From Candidatus Bathyarchaeota archaeon (lineage in GTDB: Archaea; Thermoproteota; Bathyarchaeia; 40CM-2-53-6): DNA of 64,000 nucleotides. How positions within the stretch are numbered: position 1 is the first letter of the stretch; every line of letters begins with the position of its first letter. Location: positions 1,550 through 65,549 of the forward strand of contig VBBP01000051.1 in NCBI GenBank assembly GCA_005884195.1, read 5' to 3'. Positions 57,613 through 64,000 of this stretch are shown piece after piece. The notes beneath the pieces were generated by a model, which saw only the letters and a list, made by a program, of their open reading frames with translations, did not search any database and was not told the DNA's origin. A program made the translations under genes and the position numbers.

Positions 57613-58622
57613 CCGGCTCGATATTCACAACGGTCTTTGCTTAAGAATTCTCCTCTTTTTCCGGATACCCAATTCTTTCCAACCGTTTTTTCTGGAGCGG
57701 ACCATTTCAGTTCCGACCTTGAGATCGCTGGCAGAATTTTCTTTCCTAGATATTCTCGTGTTGTAAAGCATTTTTTTTCTTACGTTTGGAGTGACCCGAG
57801 GATGTTCTCTCTAACGATCAAGTTTTTTCTCGTTCCTGGTAATCTATTGTGGCCCAGCTTCTCGAAATTCCGCGCGCAACGTAGCTTCTTGTAAGAAACT
57901 CGCCAAACAATCTCGGAGTGTTGATCGTTCTTCTCTATAGTAGTGAATGAAACCGTTTGCGGGTTTACAGAGTTCCAAAATGGCCCCGCTTGTTTTGACT
58001 CCTCTTTTCAAGGGTTACACAATCTGCGCTAGCAACGGTCTGTAAGGGCCACACTGGCTAGATTCCAGTTTTTCCTCTTCGGCCCGGCTGAATATTCCTC
58101 AGCTGGTCTCGAAACTGTGCTAGAGGGTCATTAGCCCGGTAAGGGGTGCTCTTGCCCTGGGCCCGAGCGCCGAATGGCTGACTCGGACATGGAAGACAAG
58201 TTTCGCACGCAAAGATTCGCCCGTTTTCAACCCTGATCTCGTATCCGGGGATACGTTTTTCCTCCGCGGAGAGATTGTTCGTAAATGGTCGATGAAACGG
58301 CGATTTTCGCCCTGCCATTAAGCCAGAATCATGCCCTGAATTACCTGATTCGCCCGGAATCGCTATCAGGCAGCGGATGTTCTGGAAAAACGGGGGTATT
58401 GCACAGCGATCTTGCTTAGCGTGAGCGGTTTTCCCGGAGGTTCCGCGAGAGCAAGTCGGTTATTTTGAGCCCTGATTCTGGATTTGAACAGGCATCTCTA
58501 GAACATGCGATATTTCGTGCTGTAAACGCGGATAATTCCCGATCGACATAACCCCAGATTGTGCTTTGATCCGCGGGAATCGCCCATTATCCATGCTAGA
58601 CAGGAAGTGTTCCGGGAAAAAT

Positions 58623-58696
58623 AAGGGGTCTTAGCGACTTATCCTCACGCCGCATGAGCGCTCGAGGACGAGCACCCTCGTTCAAGGACCCTTTTT
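58623..58696. terminator. Long imperfect hairpin with flanking A/T runs, downstream of the KaiC-like gene
   Basis: AAGGG/CCCTT outer stem and TCCTC/GAGGA inner stem. Confidence 0.45.
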
Positions 58697-58717
58697 CGCA
58701 GAACCAAACTGGTTTGT

Positions 58718-59473
58718 CTAGTCTACGAATATTGTTTCCTTCGGGAACACTTCAATTCCACTTGTCGAGATCTTGTATGGACGAGGCTGCATGTCGATCG
58801 CTGTCTCTCTCATCTTCTCGACCTGCATGACCCGGTTGTACGTCTTACCAACCTTGGCGTTCGACAGGATCATGACCCCGTGTGCCAAGTACTCTTCAAG
58901 CTGTACCGCTCGCTCAACTGTCGGTCCCATGGCGCGGAGCTCCGTTGTCATCAGACAAGTCGCGCCCGTCTTCACAAGTGCGTCGACAAGGTCTAGAATC
59001 GCGGTCCTCCGCTCAGTCATCTCCGGATACTGGAAGATCAACGAGGTAACAGGATCAACTACAATCCTCTTCGCGTTAATCAGCTCCGTATGAGTCTTAA
59101 TCCCTTCGATGAGACTCAAGATCGAGAAATCCTTCCGGCCGATCGAAGTCCGGCCAATCCTGACCTCACCCGGCATATGACGCAATGGCGATGCGTTGAT
59201 GAATGCAAACTTCTTGCCCTTCTCAAGTTCTTCAAACTTCCAGCCGAACAGATTCATCTCACGGTAGAAGTGTGCCTTTGTCTCGTCCAAGCTTACAAAC
59301 GCGCCGTTCTCACCGTACATCTTGATCCCGTTCATCAGGAACTGCGATGTCAGGATCGTCTTGCCGGTCCCAGGCCCGCCGACCAGTAGAATGACTCGTC
59401 CTCGCGGAAAGCCACCCGTCAAGATCTCGTCAAGGCCCGGAATTCCAGTAGGAGTTCTATCAACCATTGGCAT
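58718..59473 (-). CDS. KaiC-like/RAD55 single-domain ATPase
   Basis: TGIPGLD..L.GG, GGPGTGKT, RIVVDP, VEKMR. Confidence 0.93.
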   Translation of the reverse strand: MPMVDRTPTGIPGLDEILTGGFPRGRVILLVGGPGTGKTILTSQFLMNGIKMYGENGAFVSLDETKAHFYREMNLFGWKFEELEKGKKFAFINASPLRHMPGEVRIGRTSIGRKDFSILSLIEGIKTHTELINAKRIVVDPVTSLIFQYPEMTERRTAILDLVDALVKTGATCLMTTELRAMGPTVERAVQLEEYLAHGVMILSNAKVGKTYNRVMQVEKMRETAIDMQPRPYKISTSGIEVFPKETIFVD

Positions 59474-59810
59474 TGCTATTGTTCACTCTCACATTCGAAC
59501 TTTGAAGCAGATACTTCCAACATGGTATAAATCGCTTCGGATTCAACACCCCTTGAACCTGTCTTGAACCCTATTGTTACGAGGCCATCGCTGCGAAGGT
59601 TACACTTTCAGCGGAGGCCCTAATCCAAAGTCGCTCCGTGGGAATAGTGCAACGTCTTGTAGCCACGCTGCCGGAACAAGAGTCTCCGCCAGAAAAGATC
59701 GATCCTAATCGATCAAGTTATCCCCTCCAGCAACTACCTCCCGTGACAAGCAGAAATTTGCACGCAGGTTGCCGAAAGCTTATGTTTGATTCCGGGTTCT
59801 CACCCCGAAC

Positions 59811-60455
59811 ATGGCCAGTCAGAGCCTCGCACACTGGAGCGGACCAACACTCATGCTTGGAGGTCTTCTTCTCGCCATCCACTACCTGACTCACCCCTTA
59901 GGAGAAACACCTCCATTCATTCTAACCAGCGCCTGGGCGCCAGTACACTTTATCGGAGCGGTTGCTTGGGTGCTAATCCTACTCGGATCAGCAGGGTTCT
60001 ACAGCCAATACTCCGGCAAGCTGGGCCACTTAGGGTTGGCCGGCTTCCTCCTAGCCTTCATTGGTGGAGCTAACAGGCCCGGCGAATTATTGGTCGTCGG
60101 TACCGTCATCGGCCCTTTGATCGCGGCCCAAGCACCCTCGCTGCTTGACGCCGGGGGTTACCTCTATAGTCCCTTGTTGTTGACGGTAGGGCTTATCACA
60201 GTTGTCTACGGTCTCGGATTCTTCCTCCTTGCAATTGCCACGCTACGTTCGGCTATCGTTCCGCGTACAGCTATCGTTCCCCGTTTGTCCCTCTGGATGG
60301 TCATCCTCGCTGTACCGCTGGCGCTCGGCTTCTTCTTCCTGTTCATCATAGGCAGTATTGCGGGTCTACTCTTCTCTCTTGGCTTAGTAGGATGGGGCTA
60401 CGGCCTTTGGCTTAACGAAACGTCATTGCAAACGGACTCTGCTCGACCTGCTTAG
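59811..60455 (+). CDS. Hypothetical multi-TM membrane protein
   Basis: About 6 hydrophobic segments, LG.AGF motif. Confidence 0.75.
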   Translation: MASQSLAHWSGPTLMLGGLLLAIHYLTHPLGETPPFILTSAWAPVHFIGAVAWVLILLGSAGFYSQYSGKLGHLGLAGFLLAFIGGANRPGELLVVGTVIGPLIAAQAPSLLDAGGYLYSPLLLTVGLITVVYGLGFFLLAIATLRSAIVPRTAIVPRLSLWMVILAVPLALGFFFLFIIGSIAGLLFSLGLVGWGYGLWLNETSLQTDSARPA

Positions 60456-60723
60456 TTGTTTTGCAGGGCTTCGTGTCCAGCCTGTAGGATTAGCCTCCTC
60501 TGGGAGGGCAGTCACAAGAACTCCTTGGTGCTTTCCGAAACTCTTGCGATCCAAGATGAATTTGTGACCACGCGTTACTGGTCTGCTGAATTCTTGGTTA
60601 CACCCTCCTTAGCACCATAGAGAAGACCATGTGCGATCAGGCCTCTAACTTCCAGTCTGGGTTTACATTAGCTCGGTGGAGAGCGTGCCCCACAGAAAAA
60701 CACGAAACAAACATTACGACACG

Positions 60724-61731
60724 ATGCAAGGCCCAATTCTCCCGGTTCTGGGAAGCGTTCCAATTATTCCGCATACGTTTTCGATACTGTTTCGACTTTC
60801 TGGTCCGAGAACATGGGTCTTCCCCTCGTTCAGTTTTATCCTAGGTTATGCGATAGGTGGCGGAGGACAGCTATCTCAGATAGGGATCGGCATAGCGGTC
60901 GCATCTCTGGTGACCGCTGCAACCAATATTGTAAACGCGTATGCTGACAGGAAGGAAGACGCAACAAATCAACCCCAACGGTTGTTTTGGCTTGGCCAGA
61001 TCGGCTCAAGACAGATAGCCACCTCTCTAGTAGTACTCTACTCTGGTGCAGCTGCACTAGCCGTTTACCTAGGACCCCTTTTCACACTGGTTCTGGGCTT
61101 TGGCATCCTAAACTCCATCTTCTATTCGCTGCCTCCTCTGAGATTCAAAGCCAAACCATTCGTTAGTCTTGTCTCTTTCTCCGGTGCGCTGGGTCTTCCC
61201 TTTCTGGGGGGCCTCAGCATTAGAGGATCTCTCGATTTTCTCAACCCGATGCTCTGGCTCCTAACATGGTTCATGTTCACCTATGGGACAGTCAAGAATT
61301 TGCCAGATTATTTTGGAGACCTGAAGGCAGGTGTCCGAACCTCGGCCACTATCTTCAAGAACGTGAGGAAGGCGGTTCTCTTCAGCGCCACACTCCTGTC
61401 CACGCCGTTCATCTTTCTCGTGGGGCTGGTGGCGATAGGATTTCTAGGGCCGATTTACATCGCTGACCTTGCGTTAGTTCCGTTACTAATTTTCATTCTC
61501 TCTGAAATGTTGAGGGCCAAGGACAGCGCCGGGCTTGAGAAGGCTCACACGCTTGGGTTTTTCTACGCGATATCCTTCCTGCTCTTTACACTAGTCCTGA
61601 CGTCTCCCACATTGCAATCGCTGGTGATGGTGCTTGTGGCCTACTTCTGGGCTCTGGTAGTTGCGAAAATCAGTGTTCACTCTAGGGTCGAGTACAGAGA
61701 CTGGGAGAAGCAGAGGAGGAAGAAGCCTTGA
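60724..61731 (+). CDS. UbiA-family prenyltransferase
   Basis: N...D...D..N.P.R (NAYADRKEDATNQPQR), YSLPPLRFK, KNLPDYFGD...G.RT. Confidence 0.9.
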   Translation: MQGPILPVLGSVPIIPHTFSILFRLSGPRTWVFPSFSFILGYAIGGGGQLSQIGIGIAVASLVTAATNIVNAYADRKEDATNQPQRLFWLGQIGSRQIATSLVVLYSGAAALAVYLGPLFTLVLGFGILNSIFYSLPPLRFKAKPFVSLVSFSGALGLPFLGGLSIRGSLDFLNPMLWLLTWFMFTYGTVKNLPDYFGDLKAGVRTSATIFKNVRKAVLFSATLLSTPFIFLVGLVAIGFLGPIYIADLALVPLLIFILSEMLRAKDSAGLEKAHTLGFFYAISFLLFTLVLTSPTLQSLVMVLVAYFWALVVAKISVHSRVEYRDWEKQRRKKP

Positions 61732-62432
61732 AGAATGCTCTCGCCAACAAAGAGCTATCCTTCGACCTTCTCAAGGGCCTAGTCATCACTCCTATCACAA
61801 CCGGGCTCAACTTCGCGCTGTTGGCGCCGCCTGGCGCGGGAAAGACCACCATCTGCCAGAGCTTGGTCAAGGAGGCAGTCGAAGCTGGATTGAGATGTCT
61901 CTACGTCATAACAAACAATCCTGTTTCGCTGATCAAGGAACAGGTCCGAGCTATTGGACTCGCTCCGGGAAGGGCTGACCAGATAATCTATGTTGACATG
62001 TACTCGTGGCTTCTTGGAGAACGCTCGCAGGAACGATTCCAGATAGACAATGCGTCCGATGTCGCATCAGTCAGCGTCGTATTGTCAAGTGCCGCGGAGA
62101 CAGCCGGCGATCGGTCCTTTGTTGTCTTTGACTCACTATCAACTCTCCTCTCTTACAATTCCGAAGAACTTTCCATACGTTTCATGAAATCACACCTAGC
62201 GCGAATGAAAAAGCACGGCAACATAGGCGCATATGCGATAGAACTGGGAATACACAGCAACTCGTTCTACAACGAAGTCCGTTCCAGCTTCGATGGAGTG
62301 ATTGATATGAAGCTGGACGAGATGGATGGGGAGCTTCGTCGTTTCGTTCGAGTGTACAGTTACAGGGGAGCCCATGAGACCAAATGGTTCCGGCTTCTCA
62401 TAGGACCCGATAGATCGGTGAAGATCTATTGA
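61728..62432 (+). CDS. KaiC-like/RAD55 ATPase (degenerate)
   Basis: APPGAGKT, VVFDSLSTL, FDGVID; TTGA overlap with the UbiA stop. Confidence 0.85.
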   Translation: MKNALANKELSFDLLKGLVITPITTGLNFALLAPPGAGKTTICQSLVKEAVEAGLRCLYVITNNPVSLIKEQVRAIGLAPGRADQIIYVDMYSWLLGERSQERFQIDNASDVASVSVVLSSAAETAGDRSFVVFDSLSTLLSYNSEELSIRFMKSHLARMKKHGNIGAYAIELGIHSNSFYNEVRSSFDGVIDMKLDEMDGELRRFVRVYSYRGAHETKWFRLLIGPDRSVKIY

Positions 62433-62556
62433 CACGAGTCAATATGACGACAACGCTTGGTCTCGCTTCCGTGTTCGGCAGGAACCGAGTGTTAACCTTA
62501 TCACAGATGAAAGGTACAATCCGCTTAAATCACGCACAAAGAAGGGCTCACCTAAG

Positions 62557-63303
62557 GTGACGACGATGGAGCCTACTGGCATCAAGGTCTTAGATGACCT
62601 CCTGTCCGGTGGTCTCCCGAGACCTTCAGCAGTCGGCTTGATCGGCGCGGTTGGGAGCGGCAAGTCTTCGCTGGTTAGACAGCTCGCGGTCAATATGCTC
62701 GAAAAGGACTTCCGGGTTCTCTACTATGCCATAGACGAGTCTGCGGAGGACGTGAGAGAGGGAGTCGCATCTTACGGCGTCAACGTTCCGAAGTATGAGG
62801 AAGAAGGACGACTCGCGTTCATCGATATCTTCGCTCTCGGCGTCGAACGCTTGGCCGAAGCCTACCCTGTTGAGGAGCCGGAGAGAATTGTCGACAGCAC
62901 CTTCAAGTTCTCCGACCTCGTCGCCCAAGGCAGAAGCTTCACGCTCAAACACTTAGGAAAGAAACAGTTCGTCATAATGGACTCTCTAACACCGTTCTTT
63001 CTCATGGTCGAAGCGAAAAGAGTCTTCCAGTTCGGCCAAGTCCTAAAGTACGCAACCCGTTTCGCCAAAGCCATAGGAGTCGCTACTCTCCACACGAAAG
63101 TACTAGATGAATCAATCGAGAACGCGATGGTGAACTTCGCCGATGTTGTCCTTGAGCTCGAGAGAAGAAAAACTCCCGAGGGCATCAGCAGAGGTGGAAC
63201 GCTAAGACTGGTGAAGTTGGGAAAAACACAGATTCCGTCCAGAGGATACTACTACGAAATGACGCCGCAAGGAATAGTCATCAGCACAGCCCCTCCGATC
63301 TGA
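62557..63303 (+). CDS. KaiC-like/RAD55 ATPase
   Basis: TGIKVLDDLLSGGLP, GAVGSGKS, IMDSLT, ADVVLEL. Confidence 0.9.
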   Translation: MTTMEPTGIKVLDDLLSGGLPRPSAVGLIGAVGSGKSSLVRQLAVNMLEKDFRVLYYAIDESAEDVREGVASYGVNVPKYEEEGRLAFIDIFALGVERLAEAYPVEEPERIVDSTFKFSDLVAQGRSFTLKHLGKKQFVIMDSLTPFFLMVEAKRVFQFGQVLKYATRFAKAIGVATLHTKVLDESIENAMVNFADVVLELERRKTPEGISRGGTLRLVKLGKTQIPSRGYYYEMTPQGIVISTAPPI

Positions 63304-63584
63304 CCTCGATTTCTTCAATCCAACCTGATAACCGTTGGATTGTGATACCTGGTGCAAATTCTAGCAGATTATCATCTGAAGAGTCAAGATAGGTTTACGA
63401 AGGGTGGTCTGTGAACAAACTAAATTGCGCTCGGAATTCCTGAGAACAGTCCAACTCCTAGGCGGCCTTCGGGAAAATGTTGACGTCGCGTTCCCTATGT
63501 TCTTTCAGAAAGCTTTTTCGTCCAGAAAGAAAAGTCCAACTATCACACTACCAAATGGTGGGACATCAGCAAAGCGATGATATC

Positions 63585-64000
63585 TTGCAGGGAGACCTCA
63601 TCCTACCAGGCACGGATCGAACAACTGTCGAGCCTTTCGTTCCAAAGCTCATGGTGTACGAATTCCGACAAGACGATCCCAAGAAATGCACATCGGCGAG
63701 ACTTAGAAAATTTCGGCTAGTACGAAGTCTCCCGAGCCTGAAGCGAATCCCTCCCTCTGCAGTAGTTTTGAACCCGACAAGTAGTCGAACACTCTCGCCT
63801 GAAGATCGCGAATTAGTCCAACGAGACGGCCTCGTTGCACTCGACTGCTCCTGGAACATGTCGGAAGATATTTTTTACCGAAACATTCCGGGCATTAATA
63901 AGAGACTCCCCATTCTCTTGGCAGGGAATCCGACGAACTATGGAATAGCTGGCAGACTCAGCACCGCTGAGGCTCTTGCTGCCGCGCTCATACTAACAGG
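63585..64000 (+). CDS. tsr3: rRNA aminocarboxypropyltransferase Tsr3 (runs off the window; not in ORF track)
   Basis: QDDPKKCTSARL, LDCSW, RLPILLAGNPTNYG, LSTAEALAAAL. Confidence 0.93.
   Translation, partial: MQGDLILPGTDRTTVEPFVPKLMVYEFRQDDPKKCTSARLRKFRLVRSLPSLKRIPPSAVVLNPTSSRTLSPEDRELVQRDGLVALDCSWNMSEDIFYRNIPGINKRLPILLAGNPTNYGIAGRLSTAEALAAALILT

Noticed and set aside
58623..58696. Archaeal SECIS element
   Set aside because: No in-frame TGA in the upstream gene and no proper GAA/A core.
1..64000. CRISPR arrays, rRNA genes, transposases, integrases
   Set aside because: No regularly spaced repeat-spacer units and no recognisable motifs found by eye.

Overview
Archaeal chromosomal window. Markers include a thermosome subunit, Alba, Tsr3, KaiC/RAD55-like ATPases, GGTGA/GGAGG RBSs and TTTAA/TTATA-type boxes; a Thermoproteota/Bathyarchaeia-like lineage is my inference only. 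The left edge holds the end of an intein-bearing gene and a NUMOD3-type endonuclease, possibly the edge of a mobile element. The window also carries housekeeping and accessory genes (class II RNR, Amt, Ada, TMEM175, ABC exporter, M1 peptidase, TPSP, GH15), one tRNA-Leu(CAG), and several small ORFs missed by the ORF track. Most notable: (1) a complete phospho-signalling locus at the centre, with ZnF-FHA, PPP phosphatase and vWA genes coupled in one operon divergent from a multi-TM Ser/Thr kinase; (2) a 5.7 kb integrase-less island bounded by a 15-bp duplication of the tRNA-Leu 3' end, carrying only a 1698-aa Ig-repeat surface protein; (3) a HemC paralogue lacking the cofactor Cys; (4) at least four genes that appear to need ATA/ATC/CTG starts; (5) a lysine-rich micropeptide transcription unit near alba; (6) three KaiC-like ATPases, one coupled to a UbiA prenyltransferase. 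I saw no CRISPR array, rRNA, transposase or integrase. All calls come from reading motifs by eye; no searches were run.
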